A stretch of 64,000 nucleotides of DNA, from the NCBI RefSeq assembly GCF_009914755.1, contig NC_060944.1, one strand, 5' to 3'. Below, in pieces: positions 45,881-64,000 of the stretch. Below the pieces are notes generated by a model. That model was not told the origin of the DNA, did no database searches, and saw nothing but the letters and a program-made list of their open reading frames with translations. The position numbers were made by a program, and so were the translations under genes. How positions within the stretch are numbered: position 1 is the stretch's first letter; each line of letters starts with the position of its first letter. The stretch is from the human T2T-CHM13v2.0 reference genome, Homo sapiens.

Positions 45881-46048
45881 GGCCAGGCACAGTGGCTCGT
45901 GCGTGTAATTCCAGCTACGTAGGATGCTGAGGTGGAAGGATCACTGAGTCCAGGGAGGTCGAGGCTGCAGTGAGCCATGATCATGACACTGCACTCCAGC
46001 CTAAGCAACAGAATAAGGCCCTGACAAAATAAAAATAAATAAAATAAA
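45881..46048 (+). mobile_element. Alu monomer (FRAM-like)
   Basis: Single right-arm-type monomer with an (AAAAT)n tail. Confidence 0.8.
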
Positions 46049-46545
46049 ATGGATAGCAGTGATATAAAGTTCCCTTTTAAAATACATTTTAGGGAAAAAG
46101 AAAGTTGACCTTCAAAAATAAGCTTAAAAAAAAATAGAACAAGTGCTAGGAGGGCACGGCCAAGTGGAAGGAGGGGAAAGTTGCTCTGTTACCCTCACTA
46201 AATACCTCTCTGATGTATTTTGGGGTTTCCAGAGGATCAGGCTTCATGGGGAGGTCGCACATGGAGCCCATGGCTAGTCCTGTTTCCCAGGTGAAAGCAC
46301 TATCACTATCACAGCATAAGTTAATAACCCGATCTTCCCATTTATAAATCAAACTTTTGTGAGTTTGATTAACATGTGGATCCTGTGAACTGGTGAAACC
46401 AAGCACCACAACTCACAGAGTTTAGGACTCAGCTCTAGATCTGGGGTAGCCACTCCCCACCAACTCCCTACTGAAGTTCAGATACAGCTTTATTATTTGG
46501 TCATTCTGCAGTCCTCCCCCACCCCCCACCGCCAATTAAAGGAGA

Positions 46546-48354
<1,809 letters not shown>

Positions 48355-48360
48355 ATTGTT

Positions 48361-50770
<2,410 letters not shown>

Positions 50771-50771
50771 A

Positions 50772-51469
<698 letters not shown>

Positions 51470-51792
51470 TAGGAAAAATTTGGAAGCATTTGGGCCCACG
51501 GACAGGAAAATGATAAGAAACACATCGCTAGAGGATTTATACAGCTAATGAAACATATGTAAAAGTGAAAAGAGAAAAAAATAATGTGTACAATTAAAAA
51601 CAAAGTAATTCAATGAGTCACTTAAAGATAGAGAGGAAAGGACTCATATAGAATAAAAGTATAAAAACATGGATGGAAGGGATTTGTGAGCGCTTCAAGA
51701 AAGTGATTAGCTCTGGGGAAGAAAAAAGATTAGGGTGGGTGGTACACAGAGAACTTCAATGCATCAGTAGTGGCTTATTTTTTTAAGCAACT

Positions 51793-52125
51793 TGGTTGGG
51801 CACAGTGGCTCATACCTGTAACCTCAGCACTTTGGGAAGCTGACGCAGGCAGATCCCTCGAGCCCAGGAGTTCAAGAGCAGCCTGACAAACATGCCAAAA
51901 CCCAGTCTCTACAAAAAAAAAAAAAAAAAAAAAATACAAAAACTAGCCAGGCGTGGTGGCACAGGCCTGTAGTCCCAGCTACTCCAGAGAATGAGGTGCG
52001 AGGATCACTTGAGTCTGGGAAGCAGAGGTTGCAGTGAGGCGACATTGCGCCACTACATTCTGGCCTGGGCAATAGAATGAGACCCTGTCTCAACAACAAC
52101 AAACAACAACAACAACAACAAAAAC
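51793..52125 (+). mobile_element. AluJ with an expanded middle A run and (AAC)n tail
   Basis: Directly visible. Confidence 0.9.
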
Positions 52126-53099
52126 CCAAATACTCTCTCAACTTCATGTACTTGTGAGTGTAGAAAGACATAAGACAGATATTCTTCAGTTATATCATTG
52201 ATAACCACTAATTTTTAAACAAATTTCCAATGATTGCTTGCTATAAAAATGTAAAATGGTATATATATTATTCACCCTGTAATTTTGGTTTATTTTCTTT
52301 TAGACTTTTTTCCAATGTATATTTTTTGGAACAGTTTTAATATGTTTACTTATCATTTACCCTGACTTTTTGAAACCTAGTGTTGTAAATGTTACTTATG
52401 TTTACATAGCAAAAAAAAAAATCTATATGGTCTAGGCAAATATGGCAAAGCATCAACATTTATCAAATATTTGTCAAATATGGGTGGTGGCCACATGTTA
52501 TTTGTTATGTTTTTCTCTGAATTTTTGTGGGTTTAAAATAGTTCATAATTTTAAAAAAGAAACAGGTCATGAAGAGTGCTATACTGATGTGAAGGAATTT
52601 GAACTTTATTCTATTGGCCAATATTTGGAAGCCATTGAAGAATTTTAAACAGGGGATGAGATTTCCATGTTGAGAGAGCATTTGTATTCTGACAGTCTCA
52701 TTTTAGGCCCATCAAGTCCACCAGCTAGTAAAAGTCAAGAACAGAAATCACCATATTTCATTGCTTCTGGCCACTTTGTTTCACATTTTAACAATTCCGG
52801 AATTGGAATGCATCTCGTTGGCCACACAACAGTCGTGGCATTGTTGTCATTGCAGAATGGGTGTCAGCTGCTTCGATAGAAGTCCTGGGGACAATAGTGG
52901 GGAACTCTGACATGCTGCATCACCAGTGTGCTTCATGGCACCGTGGATGACATCACGTGGGGAAAGTGACATCTGCCACTCAGAATCAAAAAGTGATTTG
53001 GAAGAGGCAAGTTTGATACGTGAAGGAGCTTTGGAAAAGCATTAACTCATTTCGTTGGCCTGTGTTTTCTTTTATATACATGCATAAGAGTGAAAAATT

Positions 53100-54680
<1,581 letters not shown>

Positions 54681-54708
54681 GATTTTTTAAATCTATGTTT
54701 AAGCCTAA

Positions 54709-55186
<478 letters not shown>

Positions 55187-55629
55187 TAGATTCAATTAAA
55201 TAATGGTTATAATGAGAGGATGATTTAATGAACTATTGTCAAATGGACTGAGATAATTTTTAAATATTTATATAAATGAAAGAATGTTGAACACATAAGA
55301 ATGTAAGACTTAAAATATATTTAAATAAGAAATTATTTTGAATCCAAATATGATATCAAATGAATTAGAATAGTTGAAATTTAGGTAGGAATAAACAGTT
55401 ATAATTTCACTTCAGCAAGTAGAAGTTTGGGATAATGTCAAAAACTGAAGCAAAAAGGAGACAGTGCATCAGTATGCATTTGCTCTAAAGATTTTTTAAA
55501 ATTCTATCATCCTTCATAGGAAAAGAAGGAGGGGGTTCACTACCTCTTTAGTGAAAGACGACCACATACATTCCCAATTGATTCTTCACTTTTCACCCCA
55601 AATAGTCAAATTATATCTAGTCGACCTAG

Positions 55630-56013
<384 letters not shown>

Positions 56014-56708
56014 TGACCCCCTGTATTTTTCTACTCCTTTGTCACAGATGCCTGAAATTTCTTTCACTGAATAAAAAGGTTCTTGGTTCATGATAAGAGA
56101 TAACACTTAAAATACAATTGCCTGGTCACCGTCATCACTTATAATGGTCAGAGTCCTTAGTTGCAGACAAAAGGGTCCACTCTAGCTTAGATTAGGCAGA
56201 AAGGGATTTATTGAAAAATATTTGACAACACCAGAATCTCCAGGAGAACTAGCCAACTAGGCTGTGTGTTCATATAGTCACTACAATGAAACCAGAAAAA
56301 AAGTGCCTAGTTCCTGTTCTAGTGAAAATGCTTCTGCCTCCACTGCCTGCCAACTGTGATGTCACAAACTTGGCCTTGACTGCTTGGGAAGACCTGACTC
56401 CTCTGCTGCTGTGCTTGCTGGAAGGCCCAGTTCTTCTACAGAGGGATCGTCCTGTAGTTTGCTTCTACATTCAGGGCTTACAGGGGTGCATATGATTGGG
56501 AGGTTCGAGGTCACATGTGTGCATCATAGCTGCATAGGAGTCTAGAAAAGATCATATTACATACTCTCACCTCTATGACATAGGCAGGCAAATCCTATAG
56601 GGATTGAAACAGGAATGTGAGTTGAGTTGGCAAACTTAACAATAGCTGCCAAACTCCTGGACTGAAACACAAGCTAAAATATAAACAATGAATCAAGAAG
56701 TATAAATA

Positions 56709-57120
56709 GGCTGGGCACGATGGCTCACGCCTGTAATCCCAACACTCTGGGAGGCTGAGGTGGGAGGTTCACTTGAGCCCCGGAGTTTGAGATCAGCCTG
56801 GGCAAAATAGTGAGACCCTGTCTCTACAAAAATAAATTAGATGGGTGTGGTGGTCCCAGCTACTAGGGAGGCTGAGGTAGGAGGATCACTTGGACCTGGG
56901 AAGTTAAGGCTGCAACCATGGCACTCCAGTCTTCACAATAGAGCAAGACTCCGTCTCAAATAAAAATAAAAAAGAAGAGGAAGAAGAAAAGGAAGAGGAA
57001 GAAGAAGGAGGAGGAGGAGGAGAGGTTGGAGGGGGGAAGGGGAGGAAGAGGAGGAGGAGAAAGGAGGAGAAGGAGGAGAAGAGAAGGAGGAGAAGGAGGA
57101 GGAGAAGGAGAAGAAGAAGG
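56709..57120 (+). mobile_element. AluJ whose tail has become a (GGA/GAA)n polypurine tract (56972-57120)
   Basis: The TSD-like pair aagaagtataaata / aagaaggcataaata encloses both the Alu and the tract. Confidence 0.88.
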
Positions 57121-57496
57121 CATAAATATAATAGTGAACTTTATATCTTTCTCAACTTCAATAAGACAGGGTCCCAAGAAGAGACTAGGGTTTCTTGGAT
57201 ATCTGAAGTGAAGGAAGCATCAACCTTAGAGGAAGAAAAGGAACCAGACAAAGCAGGGGACTAAGGCTGGAATAGACAAAACCTCCCCATTCATCATTTG
57301 TTATAGGAGAGCCTGTTACCTTTAGCAAGATAGGACAAATAGGAGTTGTTATCCATTCTAAATCCAAGCTCTGCTGGGTCTGCATTATGAAGTTTTCCCC
57401 CAGTTCTTAAGGGAGAAAGTTTACTTATACATTGACTTCATTCCCAAAGGATTCATTGAATGAATCACACAAGGACTACAGTATATAAACTTGTTA

Positions 57497-57573
57497 TTAG
57501 GTTAATGTAAAAGTAATTGTGGTTTTTGGCAATAAAAATGGCAAAAACCACAATTACTTTTGCTCCAACCTAA
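57497..57573. mobile_element. MADE1 mariner MITE
   Basis: TA-flanked palindrome ttaggtt...aaaagtaattgtggttttt / aaaaaccacaattactttt...aacctaa. Confidence 0.93.
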
Positions 57574-57735
57574 TACATTAGACACTTATAGCTCAAGAGA
57601 TGTTTTTTCCCTAAAGATCTCTGATAATTTACAATATTTGGGCTCCATGAAGCCAAGTATCAAAGACATTTGTAGACGTCACCACACACCCCACCACCTT
57701 CAAGACCTGTGGCATGACTTGGCCTCCAGAGAGAT

Positions 57736-57858
57736 AGCTGACAACTTTAAGGCAACTTCAAAGAGGCACAATTTACATGTAATAAAATGCTCCATGTTAA
57801 GTGTACAGTTTTGATACATGCATACACCCATGTGATCACCACCACACTTAAGAACAGT
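57736..57858 (-). repeat. Left arm of a 123-bp inverted repeat (old L1 3'-end fragment)
   Basis: Reverse complement of 58705-58827 with 8 mismatches and no gaps. Confidence 0.95.
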
Positions 57859-57887
57859 CAGCATAGGCTTTTAAAAAGAGGAGCCTA

Positions 57888-58006
57888 GGGCAACCCACTT
57901 GGGTCCCTTTCCATGCTGTGGAAGCTTTGTTCTTTCGCCCTTCGCAGTAAATCTTGTTGCTTCTCACTCTTTGGATCCGCGCTGCCTTTAAGAGCTGAAA
58001 AAAAAA
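57888..58006 (+). mobile_element. Polyadenylated ERV1 LTR fragment (LTR12/ERV9-like) with TSD
   Basis: gcaacccacttgggtccc...gtggaagctttgttctttcgc...gagctg followed by A9. TSD aaaaaga(g/t)gagccta at 57873-57887 and 58002-58016. Confidence 0.85.
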
Positions 58007-58704
58007 GATGAGCCTAACAAGCAAGTATTTGTAATGTGTCTTCTCCATATTCCCAGCCAGTGTATAAAATAGATTCATTTGGCATGGATATTAGGTTTAG
58101 TGGGGAGGAATGCACACTGCCATCACAGAAATGCCACCCACTCATTCCCGTTGCTCCGTTCTTGCTTGGCAAGTTATCTCCTGACTGCGGTTGGCTTCCC
58201 TTATGGCCATCTTGGACTTCCTCAAAGCATGGTGGCTTCAAGGCAGCAAGACTTTCTGTGTGGTAGCTCAGTCTTCCAAGAGCAAGAATTCCAAGAGGCC
58301 CAACCAGAGCTGCAATGCTTCTTATGACCGAGCATTGAAAGTCACTTCCGCTGCATTCTGCAGGTCAAGCAAGTCACTGGGACCAGCAAGGGGAGGGGTA
58401 TGAGACCTCCCCTCTTAATGGGTAGAGTTGCATGTGTATACAACAGAAACTATCATGGAGCTGTATTTGGAGATTCTCTACAACAATAGGCCATAAAATG
58501 GCTTAAAGACTTTTTGGACAGAGCAGTGAACAGACGCTAAGGATATGGGGTTCAGGCTCTGCCAGGCTTGCTCAGGTGACACTCGCTGATCCCATAGAAC
58601 ACATCGGGGTTTCCTCTCTCCAGTCGCTTGGGGTCAAATGTGAATGAGGTGCATACAAATGGGGAGAGCCCTGTGAGCCTGAAGGAGGAGGCCCGGGCCT
58701 CACC

Positions 58705-58827
58705 ACTGTTCTTAATTGTGGTGGTGATCACATGGGTGTATGCATTTATCAAAACTGTACACTTAACATAGAGCATTTTATGACATGTAAATTGTGCCTC
58801 TATGAAGTTGACTTAAAGGGGTCAGCT
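58705..58827 (+). repeat. Right arm of the 123-bp inverted repeat
   Basis: See the left arm. Confidence 0.95.
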
Positions 58828-59199
58828 CCCCCACCAAATCAGTGTGGGCATTTCCCACAGGAACTTGGTGTGCCACAGCAGAAAGTCTCAGAATTGGTCT
58901 GGTGACAGCAGCATGAGCTGTGGATGAGAAAGCCACCATGAGAGCAGGGCCTGGGCTTCCTCTGACTTCAGCCCTCTGAGGCCACCTGCTGCCTGGGACC
59001 CATCTGTTCCCTGCCCTGAGGGCTACTGTTGGAGACGTTCTGCTAAGGCTGAGTAGAGAGGCCTCAGCCAGGCTGGATATTGAGACTAAAGTTGAAAAGG
59101 AGGATTCGATTCTGGAATAAACAAATTGGAAAGAAGAATTCTCTGGAAGACTCCAGGGTGAGATTCCAGAGGCCTGTGTATTTGGGGAAGCCCGAGAAG

Positions 59200-59780
59200 C
59201 AGAGAACAGAGGAGCAGAGCTGTTGGAACAGCCTACAGGCGAGCAAATGGGGAGAAATGAAAAGACACCAGGCAGGCCCCAGCAAAAGAAAAGAAATGTC
59301 TCCCAGGAGAGAGGCCAGAACCATCTGGAGCTCGGGGAAGTTGTCCGCCACAGCCCCAGCCTGGCCGCCGCAGCAGGAATCTCTATGCATGTGCCGAAGG
59401 TGGCACCAGGGGGTGCACACGGGGGAGGAGCCCTTCATCTGCAGCACATGCAGCAAGGCCTTCAGTCAGCACTCCAGCCTCACTGTGCACCAGGTGTGCA
59501 CACAGCGTGAAGCCATCCATGTGCCCTGAGTGCAGCAAGACCTCAGCCACAGACAGCTCTTGCCTCCTGATGCACCAGAGGAGCCACACAGGCAAGAGGC
59601 CCTGTGAGTGCTCTGAATGCGGCAAGGCTTTCACCCGCAGCTCTGACCTCCTGGTGCCCCAGGGGACGCACGGTGGGGAGAAACCCCATCGCTGCACCCA
59701 GTGCTCAGTGTGGGAAGGCCTTTGGCCAGAGCTCCCACCTCATCTTTCACCAGACCACTCATGCCTGGAGGAAACACCAG
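59200..59780 (+). pseudogene. Decayed C2H2 (Kruppel-type) zinc-finger pseudogene, about 4-5 finger remnants (probably the locus I recall as ZNF877P; unverified)
   Basis: [36 protein letters not shown]...HQRSHTGKRPCECSECGKAFTRSSDL and QCGKAFGQSSHLIFHQTTH are spread over three frames. At least two frameshifts and a His-to-Pro loss. Confidence 0.85.
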
Positions 59781-62419
59781 CTGGTTTTCCTGAGCAGATC
59801 CTAGTGTTGATGCCCCAGGGCTTCAGGTCCAACACTGAATCCAAGTAAGAGCAAGCTGAGCCTTTGTCAGCAACCTAGCTCCGTGCCAGGAGCTGTGGAA
59901 CAAGGCTGGGGCAGGCTCCCCCAGGGTCTTTGGAGAGACAAGATACACGCACATGTAAACATACACAAGTGACCAAATGCACCAGGTGACAAGACAGGAT
60001 AAAGTGCTGAAGCATGTGAGAGATGGCAAGATTGGCCTGGAGGGGGTGCTGAGGCGAGGCCTCACTGGGCTGGTTCTGGGAGAATGGCTTGGCACCAGGT
60101 TGAGGGGAGGCAACCTGGGGAGGGGACCAAGCTAAGCACAAGGAAGACTCCATGTGGGCCCCAGTGAAAGGAGAGACTGAATACGGAGTCTCAAGTCAGG
60201 CTTGAGATGCACATGGGGAAGTGGAGGGTTCAGGTCCGAAGCCCTGGTGTGTGAGAGCTACAACCAAATCCACAGTCCCGCCCACACTACTGGGTTTCCT
60301 GTGCCAGGGTGACCCGAGGTGAGCCATTGAGCATCACTGTCACAGCTGTCCAGGGCAAAACAGATGTTGTGTGCTCTGATTCAATGCCCTGGGTCCTCCA
60401 CTGACACTGCCACAAGCAAGCTTGCAGCCCCAGGAGCAGTGGCACGGCTCTGCCTGCTTCCCACTCTCCAAATCTCTTACAAGCACATCTGGTTAGTAGG
60501 ACCTACCTAGAGCACACCAGAACCCTAGCTGCAAGGGAGTCTAGGAAACGTAGTGATTTGCTTTCCATGCTCTGCAGTATAGCTAGACATACCAGAAGGG
60601 GCTGGAATGGATGTGGAGTACCATTCTACCATATCCACCACAGAAATCTACAGTACTAGTCCTGGAATACACTTGAGAAGGATTGTTCTCGACAGAGAAT
60701 GAGGGGTAAATTCTGTGACTTTGAAGCACTAAAATCTACCTCACTGAATTCTGTCCTTAGGGACCCATCCCTTCAACTCCCCAGCAGAGGCCAATCCAGG
60801 GTCTTCCATTAACATGGGAAAGCACACTTTCTGCAGGCATAAACACACCAAGGCAAATCTCGGTGGGTTTACCTTACCTTACACAGAGAAGGCCCATAAA
60901 ATCTCCTGCATTTGCTACCACTGGGACTTGGCTATCCTTGAACTTTTCATTTCGATGAATTGCTTTTCTAAATGTGCTATATGTGCTGCTCAAGTGAGCA
61001 CAGGGAATTTTTTTCCTAATTTTGCCTCCTTTTTAAAGGGTCACCATGCCCCTCTGTCCTCCTGACTTTCCCCGTTACCATGTGCTTTAATAGCTCAGCA
61101 TGTACTTGTGTTACCAACACAAGATTTATTCAGGCCCCAGTTCTTTATTTGTAACAGCTTTTAAGCCTCCTCCTCCTTTTCCTCAGCAAAAAAACAAGGA
61201 AACCAAGCAGCTACCAATCCTGACAGCTTTTATCCAATACTCAAGCATTCGTCCACTCTCGATATTCCTGTCACTAACGGCTGTGTCATCAGCGGACTTC
61301 TTCGGCGACAATCAGATCTTGATGGATCACACTGGCAAAAACACATTAAAGAAGATCGCATTAATTCCAGCCCCAAATCCAAGCAGATAAGGATGATATG
61401 ACTCAAGAACTCACCCTAAGTGACAGAAACTGAACTCCTCCTAAGGAAAGACTCTTTAGCATTCAGCAGCCGAGATTTCAAGTCTAACTGCTTTTGGTGG
61501 TAGTTTCATATGTGTATTTCAAAAATCACCTGGAAATCTCCAGCTCCTTAAGGCGGCTCCCTTTAAATCTTTTTGAATGACATGGTGTTGTCAATTGCCT
61601 CCTTCTACTGACATCTTCCATGTCCTCAGGCCAGTCCAGCCACTGACACAGACTAATATTTGGTGACAGATGGTTCCGTGAGCTTCTGGGAAGGCCATAT
61701 CTCACTTTTGGAATGCGAGTGATAGCTGAGTTCCTCCAGAGCCTTATTTATTACACTATTACTACACACAAACTCATTAGATGTAAAACCCTCTGCCAGT
61801 CAACTTGATCCTGCTCTTCCCCAGCTGTCCCACTGGCAGCCCAAAGATGATGACACATGATGACACTGACAGACAGCCCGACTGCCATCTTCTGCCTTCC
61901 TAAAGTTAAAGCCGGGCATTACTCAAGCGAGGGGATGTGCCAGGGAAAAAAGCTAGAAAGCCTCTCTGGAGCACCCTGCGGTTTAATCACCACAGTAGTT
62001 CATGAAATGGTGTACACAGGGTGCCACTGGCCAAGCCTTCCTGGCATTTGCGAGCACACTCATTGCCACTGTATGAAATCAACCGAAATCGGATGCATCT
62101 CTCCCTCCAGTCCCCTGGGAATGCTGTCAGTCTTGCCTCCTGGTCCCAATTCTCACCGAGGACCAGTCTTTCTCTCTGTTCAGATATACCTGCATCTAGT
62201 CTCAATGCACACACATTTCTCATTGGGATTTTTGCAGCAATATAAGAAGTAGCACTTTATTTATTCACACATTCAACAGGAGCATCACTGGGGAATACTT
62301 GCTGTGATCCAGCCACCATGCCAGGCTGGATACATGGAGAAATGAGTTTGGCATGATCCCTGACTTCAAGGACTTCATTGTCTTGTAGGGAAAAACCAGA
62401 TCATCTCAAGGTGAATTGT

Positions 62420-62845
62420 TTAGGGCAATGTCTCAGCTGCTGTGACAAACAGGCCCCAAAATACAGTGGCTCAGAGAACAGGGAAGTTCATTTTGCTCTC
62501 ATTCGTTAACAGCCTCCAGCTTGGCAGGTGGCTCTGCTCCGCACGTTCTGAAGCCCTTCCATTTCATTCCATTTCATCCCTCCACCAACCCCAGGGGACC
62601 ATCCTGGTCTGCATGGCCAAGCAAGTTCCAGGCACTGGAGAAGGGAGAGAGTGTGGAAGTCCTAGGAAAGAGATGTCCTTTTAAGGAGGGCCATGGGAAT
62701 TTCTCCAGTTCCATGGGTGAATGCTTGGCTACTTGGCCACACCTAGCCATGGGGTAGGTCAGGAAACATTCACCACCTGGGCAGCCATATTCTCAGGAAG
62801 AAGAGCAATGTGAATTTTGGTGGAAAACTGGCAGTCTTTGTCACA
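62420..62845 (-). mobile_element. MLT1-family MaLR LTR remnant
   Basis: cagctgctgtgacaaac...cagtggctcaga and ttggccacacctagcca motifs. Confidence 0.55.
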
Positions 62846-63550
62846 CAATGCTATGTGCTAAATATTGACGGGAACAGCTCAGGAGAGGCCAGACCATGCA
62901 ATGGTTAAACAGTCTGGTTCAGGAGTTGGACAAATCTACATTCAAATCGCAGTACTCAACACAGTGTCATATACATAGTAAGTACCCAACAGTTATTAGC
63001 TGACAGCATTGTTTTTACTATTCCATGGAAACGCACTTGGATCGGATAGACTGCCTATGAGTGGTTCCTGTTAGGCTTAGATAAGGAAGTAAGCTTTGGG
63101 CTGAGTCTCGAAGGTCCAGCAAGAGTTCAGCTCGTGCACAATTGGGGGTTCAGTCATTCTGGGCATGGGTGTGCCAAGGGAAGTGTGTGACCAGGATATT
63201 ATTTTTACCTGTGAGCAGTGAGAATTTTCTCATACCAAGGGAGCTCATATTAGGCTCCTGAGGTTCACATTCTCACCTTGTAATAACATTGAACCTCAGC
63301 AAATCCCCTTGGGAGGATGAGAGAGAAGAGAGACCATCAACATACATCATGAGAATCAGTGAGCAGGAACGTGCTGAAACTGAGGACAGACAGTAGAAAA
63401 CCCAGGACTATGATCTAATGAGAAACTCATCCTCCATGTCTTGGAGGATAAGAATCCAAACTGGAGTCTTTATAATCCTAAAGTCTCAAATGATAGTCTT
63501 TTTTAAAAAGTGTGCACTGCAGTCAGATAGGTTTGGCAAGTGCTTCACTT

Positions 63551-64000
63551 TTTTAACTTTTGTTTTAGAATTAAGATATTTTATTTTAGAATTTAGAATT
63601 AAAATATTTTATTTTAGAATTAAAATACATGGGTAAATTGCATGTCCTGGGGGTTTGGCGTACAGATTATTTTGTCACCGAGGTAATAAGCGTAGTACCC
63701 AATAGGTAGTTTTTCAATCCTCTCCCTCCTCCCACCCTCCACCATCACGTAGGCCCTAGTATCTGTTGTTCCCTTCTTTGTTACCATGTGTACTCAACAT
63801 TTAGCTCCCACTTATAAGTGAGAACGTGCAGTATTTGGTTTTCTGTTCCTGCATTTGTTTTTTTGGGATAATGGCTTCCAGCTCCATCCATGTTGCTTCA
63901 AAGGACATGATCTCGTTCTTTGCTATTGTGAATAGTGCTGCGATGAACATACGTGTTCATGTGTCTTTATGGTAGAATGATTTATATTCCTTTGGGTATA
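63551..64000 (-). mobile_element. L1PA15/16-like 3' end, running off the window
   Basis: gtacagattattttgtcacc...tttagctcccacttataagtgagaac. There is an internal deletion near 63920. Confidence 0.88.

Noticed and set aside
57497-57573. Long hairpin considered as a novel miRNA gene
   Set aside because: Explained by the MADE1 MITE. Some MADE1 copies yield miR-548 family RNAs, but nothing here shows that this one is expressed.
58850-59060. Possible KRAB-A remnant upstream of the zinc fingers
   Set aside because: Resemblance too weak to call by eye; needs an HMM search.

Overview
Human (primate) genomic DNA, not microbial. The left 40 kb holds the last six coding exons and poly(A) signal of a + strand gene. 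The spliced translation (ATALLRKALTEECGRR...ALWDESDDSNSEIEAALRPRNHNTDDSDDFYD*) is recognised from memory as the C-terminus of KIZ (kizuna/PLK1S1, 20p11.23). All six exons have GT-AG boundaries and join in frame (576 nt, 191 aa plus stop). None of the supplied ORF-track ORFs is a host protein-coding gene: most are Alu, L1 or simple-repeat artefacts. The right 24 kb is repeat-dense intergenic DNA with a decayed C2H2 zinc-finger pseudogene near 59.2-59.8 kb. I found no evidence for a new multi-gene system. The most interesting items are (1) a 123-bp, 93.5%-identical inverted repeat built from an ancient L1 fragment, (2) a TSD-flanked polyadenylated ERV-LTR retrocopy inside its spacer, (3) a twin-primed and apparently chimeric old/young L1 with no TSD abutting a half Alu, suggesting a deletion scar, and (4) an intronic enhancer-like block followed by two same-orientation CTCF motifs. 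Repeat subfamily calls and locus names are from memory, and repeat boundaries are approximate.
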